Part shown: positions 52,011 through 64,000 of the stretch, in pieces
How positions within the stretch are numbered: the first letter of the stretch is position 1
Layout of the letters: each line of letters begins with the position of its first letter
Source: Mobula hypostoma
Lineage: Eukaryota
Direction: 5' to 3'
Length of the DNA: 64,000 nucleotides
Assembly (NCBI RefSeq): GCF_963921235.1
Contig: NC_086107.1
Location: 98,394,001-98,458,000, forward strand
The notes under the pieces: generated by a model
What the model was told of the DNA's origin: nothing
Seen by the model: only the letters and a program-made list of their open reading frames with translations
Databases searched by the model: none
Position numbers and translations under genes: made by a program

Positions 52011-52609
52011 TCTTGATTTAAGTCAACCATAAGTGACTATGTGATAAGATACTAACTATAGAATCACTGTCTTGTTACTATCTGAGTCTGACAGTTGGGA
52101 GCATTGGTGTCCCCTTTGATCCAGAGCTGAGCTTTCAGCGTTGTATTCTCTCCATTACCAATACTCTCTAGTTAGACTGAAGTTGCATCAACCACCTTCT
52201 GCTATTTCTTTTTACTTCCAGTGACTTTTGCTTGTTTCCCAATGGACACTGTCTCAAAGTCAAAAGATTCAAAGTTTCAAAGTACATTTATGATCAAAGT
52301 ATGATCAAACTCTTAAGATTCGTCTTCCCACAGTTGACCTCGCTGGAAATTCGTTCATTCCAAACTAGCTAGCTGTAAGCAAACTCACACAAAGTTCTAC
52401 TGACTTCTCTCGTAAGAGCATCAGAAATAGAAACAGGAGATGGCCCTGCTGTTGTGATTGGTGGATGCTCCTCATTGGCCCCTTCCAGCACTCACCCCAT
52501 AATGCCGCACCCTTCTAATATCTAAAGATCTACTGATCATCTTCTTAAATAGTTCTGGTGGGGAGCCACTGTGTCCCACTTGGGATGTAATTCTCAAAGA
52601 CACACTCGT

Positions 52610-52970
52610 AAATTATGTGCTGTGTTGTATGATGTAGGCCATCGTGGTCTTTCCATGACCGTCATTGTTCATGACAATTTTTTCTGCAGAAGTAGTCTGC
52701 CATTGCCTTCTTCTGGGCTGCATCTTTAGAAGACGGGTGACCCCAGCCATTATTAATACTCTTCAGAGGTTGTCTACCAGGTGTCAGTGGTTGCATAATC
52801 AGGACTTGTGATCTGCACCGGCCGCTCACACGGCCATCACCCCCTGCTCGTGTGACCCTGATCAGAGGGCTACACGGGTGTTCCACTTTGTCCAAGGGTG
52901 ACCTGCAGGCTAGTGGAGGGAAGGAGTGCCCTACACCTCCTTAGGTAGAGACGTATCTCCACCCTGCCAC
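52610..52970 (-). mobile_element. Short element with RTE/BovB-like tail
   Basis: Reverse copy of 7644-7955. Confidence 0.7.
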
Positions 52971-54659
52971 ACTGTCCTTGGGATAAAAAGTTTCTTCTAA
53001 TGTTTGTTGTGCATAGTCAGCTTCTTATTTTGACAATGGGGTCCCTAGATCAACACTCTCAAGCCCCTAAAAAATGTTGTATGTTTCAGTAAGATTGTCT
53101 CTATTTCTTCTATATTCAAGAGACTATACAGTATGCCCAGTCTATTTATTCTCTTCTCAAGGGACAAACCCCCATTCCAGAAATCAATCTGATAAACCTT
53201 CATTGCTTTTGCTCTCTAGCACATATACCCTTCTTGTGTAGAGAAACTAATTTGGTGCACAATATTCCAGGTGCATTTTCTCCGGAGACCTCTACAATGC
53301 AGTGAGATGGTTCTATTCAAAGCCTTTTGCAGTAAAGGTTAACATACAGTTTGATTTGCTAAATATAGTATCACAGAATGATTATAGGACAGAAGACCAC
53401 TTGGCTGATGATGCTTGCACTAGATCACAAACAGCACATCTCTCTATTTCCACCCCAGTTCTTTCTTGATAGCCTTTTAATATTTTTCCCCGATATTTGT
53501 CCAATTCCCTCTTGGATGCCACAACAGAATCTGTCTCCACTGCATCTAAAGGCAGTAAATTCCATATTGTAACCTTATACTGTGGGGAAAAAAATGTCTT
53601 TGTGTCGTATTATTTCTGATCTTCGCTTTATACCTATGACCCAAAATGTGGCATCTTATCAAAAACATTTTGGGAAGTCCACATACATGCATTGACTATA
53701 TTACTCTAACCAACTTTAATTGTAAAAATAAATTCTAACGAAGTGGTTAAAGACAATTATTCCTTAAATTTGAATTTGTGTTGGCTTTCTCTGAAGAATC
53801 AGTTTTCTTCCTAGTGACTATTAACCCTGTCCATTAATTTCTTGCTCTAACTACATATTAATCTTTAGTACTTTGTATACAAGGATACCCAGGTCCAACT
53901 GAATATCAACACATTTCAAATTCTCACTATTTCTAAAACACTCCACATTTCTGGTTCTTTTTCAACCAAAATCAATGATCTTACACGATACTCCATCTGT
54001 CCTAGCCCATTCACTTAACATGCATTTCCATCCTTTGCCCAATCCACCCTGCCACCGGCTTCATATCGTCAGTAAGTTTGGATATATCCGACGTGTTCTC
54101 CACATGTAAATGACTGGTATAGATTGTCAGCAGTGCTGCCCCAACTGCATTGACTCTGAGTCTAACAACACCTCAGTTTTTAAACCTTCCAATTTTATCT
54201 CCATAAGCAGTCATTCACCTCTGAGAAATCCTCACTGCTTCTACTGTGAATTCAAAGACATTAGAACATAAGAACATAAGAAATAGGAGCAGGAGTCGGC
54301 CATCTGGCCCATCGAGCCTGCTCCACCATTCAATAAGATCATGGTTGATCCGGTCAGCAATGATTGCCTTTAGCCCACTAGTACTGCATGTGACATAGAG
54401 CAACCAAAGTTGAAACTCTGGAATTCTGGTTCTCAACCTCCCCTTTCCCCATTAAGGTGTTCCTCAAAGCACGCTTCTTTGACTCAGCATTTGTTCACAT
54501 GTCGTTAGATCTCCCTGAATGGTATCAAATTTTACTTGATGACTATCCTGTGAAATACCACGAGACATTTTATAACATGAAAACTGTGATACAAAAGCAA
54601 ATTTTAGTTGCTATTTTGTGACTAAATATGTGCCCTCAGTCAGAAGCAAGTGACTAGCT

Positions 54660-55200
54660 CAGATACAGAATCATGTTTAATATTACTGGCATATTCATGA
54701 AATTTGTAGTTTTGCACCAGCAGTACATTGCAATTCATAATAATAAAATAAACCATAAATTACAGTAAGAAATACATATTAAAATCAAATTAAGTAAGTA
54801 GTGCAAAAGAAAAAAGTAGTGAGGTAATGCAACACACACAAAAGTTGCTGGTGAACGCAGCAGGCCAGGCAGCATCTCTAGGAAGAGGTACAGTCGACGT
54901 TTCGGGCCGAGATCCTTCGTCAGGACTAACTGAAGGAAGAGTGAGTAAGAGGTAATGTACATGGGTTCATTGTCCATTCAGAAATCGGATGGTGGAGGAG
55001 AAGAAGCGGTTCTTGAAACATTGAGTGTGTGTCTTCAGGCTTCTGTACCTCCTCCCTGATGTAGCAATGGGAAGAGGCCATATCCTGGGTGATGTGCGGG
55101 TCCTTAATTATGGATGCCGCTGTTTTGAGGCAGCGACCTTTGAAGATCTCGTCGATGCTCGGGAGGCTCGTGTCCGTGATGGAGTTGGCTGAGTTTACAG
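54660..55200 (-). mobile_element. Rex1-like LINE 3' end interrupted by a 119 bp Penelope mini-element (54830-54948)
   Basis: TSLPSIDEIFKGRCLKTAASIIKDPH; TSD GAGGTAATG at 54821-54829 and 54949-54957. Confidence 0.75.
54891..54928 (-). ncRNA. Minimal hammerhead ribozyme motif
   Basis: UAGUC CUGACGA A GGAUCUCGGCCC GAAAC GUC GACUG (one stem II mismatch). Confidence 0.6.
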
Positions 55201-55326
55201 TCGAGTCTCCATCTGGGTTAGTCAGATGAAGTGACAATGTTCATGAGCACAGTCAACACACACAGCCGATGAGCAACTGCCCAGGTTGTACTTCTCTGTA
55301 ACAGTGTGTATCTTTGATCTCTACAG

Positions 55327-55381
55327 TTGGTTGAGACTCGAGGCAGAGATGGTGCACTTCCACCCAGGATACAGGCAGAAA
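55327..55381 (+). CDS. Candidate FAM227A exon 3
   Basis: tctctacag| LVETRGRDGALPPRIQAE A|GTAAGT; open in phase 0 to 1. Supported by splice signals and frame only. Confidence 0.45.
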
Positions 55382-55639
55382 GTAAGTATCACCAGGAAAT
55401 GGCAAAGTAATACCTGAGCAAAGGTAAGAGGAAGGAGCCTTCAATAGATCCTGTGTGCTGGACATGACCATAAACGTTAAATTCAGCCATAACTATTTTA
55501 ATAGTTCTGGAACTGACAAGTTACCGTGTGTCTAATGTTTGATCTGGAGATGATATTGTCTTGAAGGTTCTTTGGAAGTCGAGACAAGGTGCAATTGATG
55601 TGGTTACAGCTGTTTTGAAAACAAATAAATAATAAAGTA

Positions 55640-55975
55640 CAGCAGCAGGTAATTAACTCAAACTGTGACCAACTCACTCTAACAACAGTAAATCACAACA
55701 GCAGGTAACTAACTCAATTGTGACCAACTCACTCTAACAACAGTAAATCACGACAGCAGGTAACTAACTCAATTGTGACCAACTCACTCTAACAACAGTA
55801 AATCACGACAGCAGGTAACTAACTCTAACTGTGATCAACTCACTCTAACAACAGTAAATCACAACAGCAGGTAACTAACTCTAAGTAACCAACTCACTCT
55901 AACAACAGTAAATCACAACAGCAGGTAACTAACTCTAAGTAACCAACTCACTCTAACAACGGTAAATCACAACCA
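55640..55975. repeat. Minisatellite, ~55 bp unit, about 6 copies
   Basis: Unit CAGCAGGTAACTAACTCAATTGTGACCAACTCACTCTAACAACAGTAAATCACAA. Confidence 0.92.
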
Positions 55976-56535
55976 ACATATCGATGCAACTATAAAGAAG
56001 GCATGACAACAGCTCTATTTCATTAGGGGTTTAAGAACATTTGGTATTTCGCCAAAGTCACTTGCGGATTTCTACATTCTAATTGGCTGCATCACTGTCT
56101 GGTGTGGGAGGTGGGGGCTACTGCACAGGATTGAAAGAAGCTGAAGAAAGTTGTAAACTCGGTCAACTCCATCAAAAGCACTAGCCTCCATAGCATCCAG
56201 AACATTTTCAAGGACCAATGCCTGAGAAAGGTGGCATCCATTATTAAGGACTCTCATCACCCAAGACGTGCCTCCTTTCTCATTACTACCAGGCGATACA
56301 GAAGCCTGAAGGCATCCACTCAATGATTCAGGAATAGCTTCTTCCCCTCTGCCATCAATGAACACTACCTCACTACTTTTTTGTACTACTTACTCAATTC
56401 AACTATTTTATAGATATATATATTTGCTGTACTTCACAGTTTTATTATAATGTATTGTATTGTCCTGCTGCCGCAAAACAACAAATCTCACAACGTATAC
56501 CAGTGATATTAAACCTGCTTCTGATTCTGATTCCG
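55975..56535 (+). mobile_element. Decayed Rex1-like LINE 3' end
   Basis: GCITVWCG, CLRKVASIIKDSHHP; (TTCTGA) tail. Confidence 0.7.
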
Positions 56536-57619
56536 AGACAAGGACAGTTTTCATTTACACTACCTTGACATCTTTGGCTCACAAACAAAGAAACATCTGA
56601 CATACAGAGTGACTGTACTGAAAATCCACTGAATATTTACAGAGAAACAGGTGATTATGCAAGCATATAAACAAGCACAAAGAAAGTTAAACAGAAGAAA
56701 AATAACAATTTAGACACTAATTCAACACTAACCGTCAATTGTGTTGATATGGACCATGACTGCAATGTCTGAAGTGCAGATACTAATTATGGCTGCTTTG
56801 TAATTAGTGCTAGGTATTATACCACTGGCACTACTAGGTTACATGCCAGTGTGGGTTATGGTGACTAGATCACTCACATTGGTCCAGGTATCTTTGTCTC
56901 CATAAAGTTGGTGTTGCTTTTAAACAAATCCAAAATAGAAATAAGGCGGCAAGCCTGCCTTACTATTCAATATGTGGATTGTATTCCTGCACCTCTTGCT
57001 TTTTCTCTTGTACTTTGATTCCCTACCTTTGGGTTAAAAACTTAAGGGTAGATCATCCGTACCCTTAATTTGCAATTCACTGTAAAGGAGTTTCCCTTCA
57101 ATCCTGAATGGCTCACCACTTCTGCTGAGACCATGCCTCCTCGTTCCTGACCAATCAGCCAAAAGAAACCGTGTCTCACCTCGTCAAGTCCTTTTAGAGT
57201 CGTTATCCAGGTCCACTTGCCTCCGCACCTCCTTGCATTTTTGATGCAAACGTGGACCAGAGGTGAGGTGAGAGTATCTGCTCTTTACACCAAAGATGCA
57301 CTTGACTGAATGTGGCATCAAGGTGCTCTGATGAAACTAAAGTCAATGGGCATCAAGGGGAAAATGTTCCAATGGTGGGAAATGCCCCTTGCACAAAGAA
57401 AGATGGTTGTACTTTTGGGAGTCTGGTCATCCCAGCCTGAGGACATCACTACAGGAGTTCCTCAGAACAGTGTCCTTGGCCCCAGTGGTTTTCAGCTGCT
57501 TTATAAATAACCCTTTTTTCATTATAAAGTCAGAAATGGAATTGCACAATATTCAACTCTATTCAATGCTTTTCAGTTTGGCTGCCACACACAGAAACTT
57601 GTTTGCATTTTCTGACAGT

Positions 57620-58100
57620 ATGCATGCTATGATACTAACCACCACAGGACCCATGAGCAACAACTGGCTGTGAAGCCTCATGACCAACTCTCCCGAGTCT
57701 CTACCCATGAAGGTCAAGAGGGGCACAATTTGACTGGGCATCAGTGAAAGTCATGGCACAAGCAAACACATGGCACACAAGAGAATTCCTAGAAGGATGG
57801 TTTTCCACAAACAATTATGTTAAGCAACATGTAGACCTTGATCCTATTTGTGAGCCAATGCGGGCAAAATTCCAGACCACAGCACATAGAGTCCGCTGTG
57901 CAACCAATCAGCGATGAGACCCCCTTCCTATGTCACAACTGAGTTTCCATAATGATAACCAGTCAACTGATTGATAAGTATATAAAGGGCAAACATTCAG
58001 AGGACAAACCACAAATAAACAGCGCACTGATAATGTGTGCTCGTATGGTGATGAAATGTTTGCAAATGGATTGCCAAGATTGGAGACAACTCAACCCAAA
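57620..58100 (+). mobile_element. Second, older Penelope-like family (Poseidon-like GIY-YIG tail)
   Basis: RTHEQQLAVKPHDQLS...REFLEGWFS...HVDLDPI; decayed CTGATAA...GAAATGTT downstream. Confidence 0.6.
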
Positions 58101-59022
58101 CATAATGCTAACCAACATGTCAAATAACAGAATCAATCTAAGGCTGGTGCTCAACAAGGCTGGTCAGTACCCCAATCTACACCCTTCCCCAGTCTACCAA
58201 TCATTTCATACTCCTTTCTCACCACTCCCCTCCTCTATACTGGCCATCTTGCCTTTCCACTCTCAGTCCTGATGCAGGGTTTCAACCCGGAACATCGACA
58301 GTTCCTCTCCTCCTCCAGGTGTTGCTTGACCTGCTGAGATCCCTCAGCAGATTGTTTGCTGCTTCACATTCCAGCATCTGCAGTCCCTCTGTCTCCAGGA
58401 TATTGGAGCAGTTCCATTTCAGGTACAACCCATCATCTTTAACCGTCTTGCTATGGATAGGGGTCTGTGCTCCTTCATTTTCTCTACATTTTACCCAACC
58501 ATTTATTGTATTTTTCTTGCCCTCAAATGCATTTTAAAAAGCTTATTATAGACGAAGTGTGGACATTGCTGGCAATACTAACATTTATTGCCCATCCCTA
58601 ACTTCCCCTGAACTGAGGAGGTATTAAATCTTTCCTCTTCCCCTTTAGTCCTGAAATGTCAACGTACAAGTTTTGCCTCCACAGATGCTGCTTGGCCTGC
58701 CGGGATCCTCCAAGGTTCTGTTTTTGTCCTAGATTTCAGCATCTGCAGGCTCTTCATAACACTGAGGTAACTTTTACTCTGAGGATTGTGAATCCTTGGA
58801 ATTCTCTATCTCGGTAGTGCAGAGATGGAGTCCGTAAATATGTGCAAGGCCGGTAGTCATTCATTGTAGGAAATCAAAGTTTAGAGGGATTGAGCATGAG
58901 GTTAGTGATCAGATCAGCCGTAGTGAATCAGCGATTATATTCTGATTCATTGCGTTGGAGTGGAATGTGAGGCTTTTTCACAGCAGGAACCGATGTTGCC
59001 CTTTCTATACCTTTTCCCCCAG

Positions 59023-59075
59023 AAACTGTGCAGGATTTTCTTGGGATTCAAGAAGAGAAAAAGACAAAGAGCAAG
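59023..59075 (+). CDS. Candidate FAM227A exon 4
   Basis: Strong pyrimidine tract cttttcccccag|, (K)TVQDFLGIQEEKKTKSK, donor AAG|GTTGGT. Phase 1 matches the previous candidate. Confidence 0.45.
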
Positions 59076-60229
59076 GTTGGTATATTTTCACCATATTTGC
59101 CTACGTTTCAAAACATTAGAACAAATCTAACCAAAAATTAAAGTTTATTTTAAGAAGCGTGGCTACCAGTAATTCCCCTCTAATTAAACACTTCAGCAAG
59201 ATATTCCACTTCCTTACTTATGCTGTTGGCGTTTAGGGCAGCAATGAAAGTCCTCCATCTGTGGTGGTGTTCAGGGCTTCCTTCATCGTGCCAGTAGCTT
59301 CCTCTCGGTTTTCACTCCTGTCAGTCATCCAAGTCCCAGGTGGAGACTCAGGAATATGGCCACACTCAGATGTAGAAGGATTCTTCATTGCTGTTTCAGT
59401 AACAATTTTGTTTTACCAGTCAAGGGTGCTAGCCCTGAGCTGAACCCTCAAACCTGGAGGGCCATTGGGTCAACTTAGTCTGTCTTCTACCCTTTGACCT
59501 GTTTGGCATGTGTAACCCTACCAAGAGCCAAAGCATAAAGCCCTGACTCCAGACAACATAGCTCTCTGGGTCATTGAGACACGCAAGCCTCTAAATCATG
59601 TCAATGGTCAGGCAGAGTGAGAACATTTGTCAGTAACAGGCAGAATTCAGTCATGGAAACAATACTGAGGTAAAACAAGAAAGGTAGAAACAAGATGCAG
59701 TCAGGCTGACTACAGAAAGAGGTGACAGTAGAGCTCAACTCAAAACAGACAAGCAAAACAACGAGCAGGTAAAATGTCCAACTGCAGGAGATGTGGCTAG
59801 TCTCCATTCCATATCAAAGAGCTCTGCCCAGCAAAACTAGCGAAGAAAACAGGTATTACGCTAAACCCAACAAAGACAGTGCTCATGGGGCCAGGGAAAC
59901 ATAAACTCAGTGTGAAGGGAATGTTCACGACTTCCATCCGTCGAAATGAGAAACAGGTAAAAGAGGATATCTACAGTATATTGTTCAGAATCTCTTCTCA
60001 CCACTGCTGGGTTGACATGCCACCGAGAAGTTGAACCTCATTGCAAGATTGGACTTGCTAAACAATGTTTAGTGAATTTATATGTTTAGGAGAAATACCC
60101 AGAGTTATTCACAGGCCTGGGGGTGCTGAAAGAAGAGTACCTTCTCCAACTGAGTCCAGGAGTGACATCCTACTCTTTGACCACAGCGAAGTGTAGAGCA
60201 GTCCCATTGATGAACAAAGTCAAAGCTGG

Positions 60230-60703
60230 ACTTGATTCCTGGGATGGCAGGACTTTCATATGATGAAAGACTGGATCTACTAGGCTTATACTCATTGGAA
60301 TTTAGAAGATTGAGGGGGGATCTTATTGAAACGTATAAAATCCTAAAGGGATTGGACAGGCTAGATGCAGGAAGATTGTTCCCGATTTTGGGGAAGTCCA
60401 GAACGAGGGGTCACAGTTTGAGGATAAAGAGAAGCCTTTTAGGACCGAGATGAGGAAAAACTTCTTCACACAGAGAGTGGTGAATCTGTTGAATTCTCTG
60501 CCACAGGAAACAGTTGAGACCAGTTCATTGGCTATATTTAACAGGGAGTTAGATATGGTCCTTGTGGCTAAAGGGATCAGGGGGTATGGAGAGAAGGCAG
60601 GTACAGGGTTCTGAGTTGGAGGATCAGCCATGATCATACTGAATGGCGGTGCAGGCTCAAAGGGCCAAATGGCCTACTCCTGCACCTATTTTCTATGTTT
60701 CTA
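60230..60703 (+). mobile_element. Young CR1 LINE 3' end inserted in Gypsy pol
   Basis: IPGMAGLSYDERLDLLGLYSLEFRRLRGDLIETYKIL; (TTTCTATG) tail. Confidence 0.88.
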
Positions 60704-62496
60704 TGAGAAAATGGAGGCGCTTGGCATCATAACCGGAGTGAATGGACCTTATGACTGGTGTGTGGGCGTTGTTCCTGTTCCCAAACCAGATGGCACAGGG
60801 AGGACTTGTGTTGATCTAACAAAATTAAATAATACAGGGAAAAGTTTACTCTGCCCTCTGAGCACACATTGGATATGCTGGGTGGAGCAAAGTTCTTCAT
60901 CAAACTAGATGCAAACTCAGGGTTCTGGCAGATCCATTTAGCTCCTGAGTCACAGAAGCTCACAACCTTTCTCACACTATATTGTTGACTCTATGCCTTC
61001 AAAAGACTCCCTTTAGACATCTCATCAGCCCCTGTACTCTTTCAGATGGGGAGGAACGAAGTTTTGGAGAGGCTGGAAGGAGCAGTTTGCCACGTGGATG
61101 ATCTACTCATCTTCAGAGGCTCAAGTGAGGAACATGATCAAAGAGCGGTTGCTGCCTTAGAGAAACTGAAACAGGCCGGAATCACCCTGAACAAAACAAA
61201 AATGTAAATTTGCAAAGTTGGAGGTGAACTTTTCAGCCACCAACTGTCCTCAGAGGGAGTGCAACCAGAATCAGACAAAGTTGCAGGAGTTCAGAACATG
61301 GAACGACTTCCTTGGTGTGGTAAACCAGCTGGGAAAGTTCGTTCCAGATTTGGCAGAGAAAACAAAGCCACTAGGAGACCTCCTCGCTCAGAGAAATGTT
61401 TGCACCGGGGATACACCATGGGAGAAGTTATCCTCATCACTTAAAGCAGAGCTTATCTCTCCACCAACATTGGCCATCTTTGATCCGAACAAAGCGACCA
61501 AGGTCTCAGCTGCTGCCTCTTCCTTTGGCCTAGAGGAAGTGTCATACAAAACTGCAATGGTGGATGGAAACTGGTGGCATATGCATCAAGAGCACTGGCT
61601 CCTACGTTATGCCCAAGTCAAAAAGGAGATGCTGGCTCTTGTGTGGACTTGTGAATGCTTCAGCTGTTACTTGATAGGCACTAAATTCCTACTTGAAACA
61701 GACCACAAGCCACGTGTCAGCATCCTCAGCTCGAAACACTTGAATGACTTACCTTCATGTCTGCAAAGATTCAGAATAAGGCTTATGTGATACTGTCATG
61801 ACCTTGAACACGTCCCCAGCAATTCTTTGACAACACCAGACACTCTATCGAGGATGCCATGCAAAAGTGAGTGGACAGAAGCTGACTCCGCCCTCATGGA
61901 AGATACCAACACCTATGTAGCTCAGGTACATGAAAGCTTTCCTGCATCACAGAGTAAACTGGACAAAATTCACACTGAGTTGAAAAAGGACCAAATCTGC
62001 AGCAATACTGTGAGCATGGATGGCCAGCTGTTCCAAAAGGAGCTCACAAACTCGTGATGGTTTGCTGGTAAAGGGCTCCAGACTCATCATTCCTGCTTCT
62101 ATGCGCACCAAAATCATCAGTCAAATCCACCAAGGACATCAAGGCATCGAAAAGTCATCTAAGAACAAGGCAATCCATGTGGTTGGTGGCCTGGTCTGAG
62201 CACACAGCTGGGAGATCATATAAAGCAATGTGAAGCATGCAGAAAACTGCATAAAAATCAAGCTGAACCTCTCTGTTCCACAGAATTCCCAGACTTCCCG
62301 TGGCAAATTGCAGAAACGGACATTTTCCAGCTGAAAAGAGACAAATACCTTCTCACTGTGGATTACTACTTACAGAATGTTGAGATGTCCAAGCTATCCT
62401 CTGCATCCTCAGCAGCAGTTATACAGCATCTGAAAGCTGTATTTGCTTGCAGTGGAATACCAGAGACACTTGTGTCAGACAACGATCCACAATTCA

Positions 62497-62616
62497 CAAA
62501 CGAGAAAGTCTGCAGATGCTGGAAATCTGAACAACACACACAAAATGCTGGAGGAACCCAGCAGGCCAGGCAGCATCCATGGAAAAGAGTACAGTCGACT
62601 GAAACCCTTCGGCAGG
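62497..62616 (-). mobile_element. 120 bp Penelope-derived mini-element in the Gypsy integrase
   Basis: TSD TCCACAATTCA at 62486-62496 and 62617-62627; the paralogous integrase near 29370 lacks the insert. Confidence 0.85.
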
Positions 62617-64000
62617 TCCACAATTCAGCTGCGCAAAATTCGAACACCAGACAAGCAGTCCACAGTACCCACAAGCAAATGGAGAAATGGAAAGAGCACT
62701 GCAACTGTTGAGAGTCGCCTACTGAAGTCAAAAGATGCCTACAAAGCACTGCTAGCTTATTGCTCCACATCTCTTGTGAATGAGCAGAGCAGTCAATAGG
62801 CCGGAGCCTGAGAACAAGCCTGCCCATTCCTCCTTCCCTTCTCCAACCTCACGTACCAGACTTCGACAAAGTGAGAAACTTTGAGACAACACAGCGTGAG
62901 AAAACAAACAGCATTCATGATCTCAGACACAAAGCAAAATCTTTGTCACAGCTCAGGAGTGGTGAAGATATTTGGGTTTCAGACCAACACACCAAAGGAA
63001 CAATAGTCCGGCAGTGTGCACCACGATCGTTTGTGATTATCACAAGATGAAATCAGGCAGAACAGGCCTGTGCTAGTGTGCCTTCAACCTCCATGAAAGG
63101 TAGAGAAAGAAATAGAGTGGCCTGGTCCTTATGATGAGGATCACCTACCTGGATGGACGTACCTGTACGAGGATATCAAGTCAAGTCACTTTTTATTGTC
63201 ATTTCGACCATAAACTGCTGGTACAGTACACAGTAAAAACGAAACAACATTCCTCCAGGACCATGGTGTGACATGAAACAACACAAAACTACACTAGATT
63301 GAGACAACACAAGGCTACACTAGACTACGTAAGACAACACAAAAACTACACTAGACTACAGACCTACACAGGACTACATAAAGTGCACAAAACAGTGCAG
63401 GGCAGTACAATAAATAATAATAGAGTGGATATCCATCCACTCTAACATTTTCAGAACCTATACCAGATCGGGTTGCTTATCTGTCCCAGCACAGTGATAT
63501 ACCCCACAGCCTAGTAGCTTAGGGCAAGTGATGAAAGGGGCAGAATAATCTTCTCACTTTGCCGGGGTATTCAGGTAGTCGACCCTGACCTCCATTAGAT
63601 CTAGTGCTTTTTAAGAAGGGCTGTAATGCAGAAAACATTTCACAAAACGAGACTGTTCTTTTTTTTAAAAAAAGAACTGATTGGATATAGGAGGAAAACA
63701 AAGGAAGAGACTATTAAAAACAAAGAGAAAACCAGTTATACTGTTGGCAGTTCTTTTCTATGTTCATGTAAGAAGCATAAGCTGCATGCTCTGAGTAAAG
63801 TGAACTGAATCGCTCCATTTCAGTGACTACAATTTCAAAGCAGCTCTATAGACAAGAGGTACACGCCTAGTTTTTCTTTTTTTCAAGAAGGGGGGATGTA
63901 GTGGTAATTAATGGTGTCATTCCTATGCCACTCAGTTAGCCGCTTCCCGACGAGAGGAGCTGACAAGCAGGGTTATCAAGAAAGTTCATTTGAGCACCCT

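Larger units (their letters stand above)
59600..64000 (+). mobile_element. Decayed Gypsy LTR retrotransposon (gag knuckle, RT, RNase H, integrase, PPT, start of 3' LTR)
   Basis: CRRCG..H..CPAK; VVPVPKPDG..CVDLTKLN; KLDANSGFWQI; HVDDLLIF; ETDHKP; GIPETLVSDN. PPT AAGAAGGGGGGA at 63885-63896 followed by TGTAGT at 63897. Confidence 0.88.

Noticed and set aside
55640-55975. CRISPR-like periodicity (also 1-130)
   Set aside because: Units repeat in full without unique spacers; vertebrate DNA with no cas genes.
63824-63858. Possible short FAM227A exon (tttcag|...GAG|gtacac)
   Set aside because: Lies inside the Gypsy element just before the PPT, and starts with TGA in the phase required by the previous candidate exon.

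Overview
This is vertebrate nuclear DNA, not prokaryotic. It is inferred to be a cartilaginous fish, probably a ray, from HE1/V-SINE-like, CR1, Rex1-like and Penelope-like repeats. Three spliced genes can be rebuilt by eye. (1) The first three coding exons of a FAM20C-like secretory-pathway kinase on the minus strand, running off the left edge. (2) A complete four-coding-exon CBY1 (Chibby, 126 aa, minus strand) with a duplicated GC-type splice donor. (3) The 5' part of FAM227A on the plus strand, head-to-head with CBY1 across a small CpG-rich promoter with an RFX X-box; its first coding intron has U12 (minor spliceosome) signals. The rest is dense, often nested transposon debris (CR1, Rex1/Babar-like, HERO-like, Gypsy, Harbinger, Tc1, hAT, Chapaev3-like, SINEs). 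The most striking non-genic signal is about 20 Penelope-like terminal repeats carrying a minimal type I hammerhead ribozyme motif. Several are 120-250 bp TSD-flanked mini-elements, and two lie in tandem in the sense strand of CBY1 intron 1. There are three short N runs. Most ORFs in the supplied track are spurious. All homology calls come from recognition, not from a search, and repeat boundaries are approximate.
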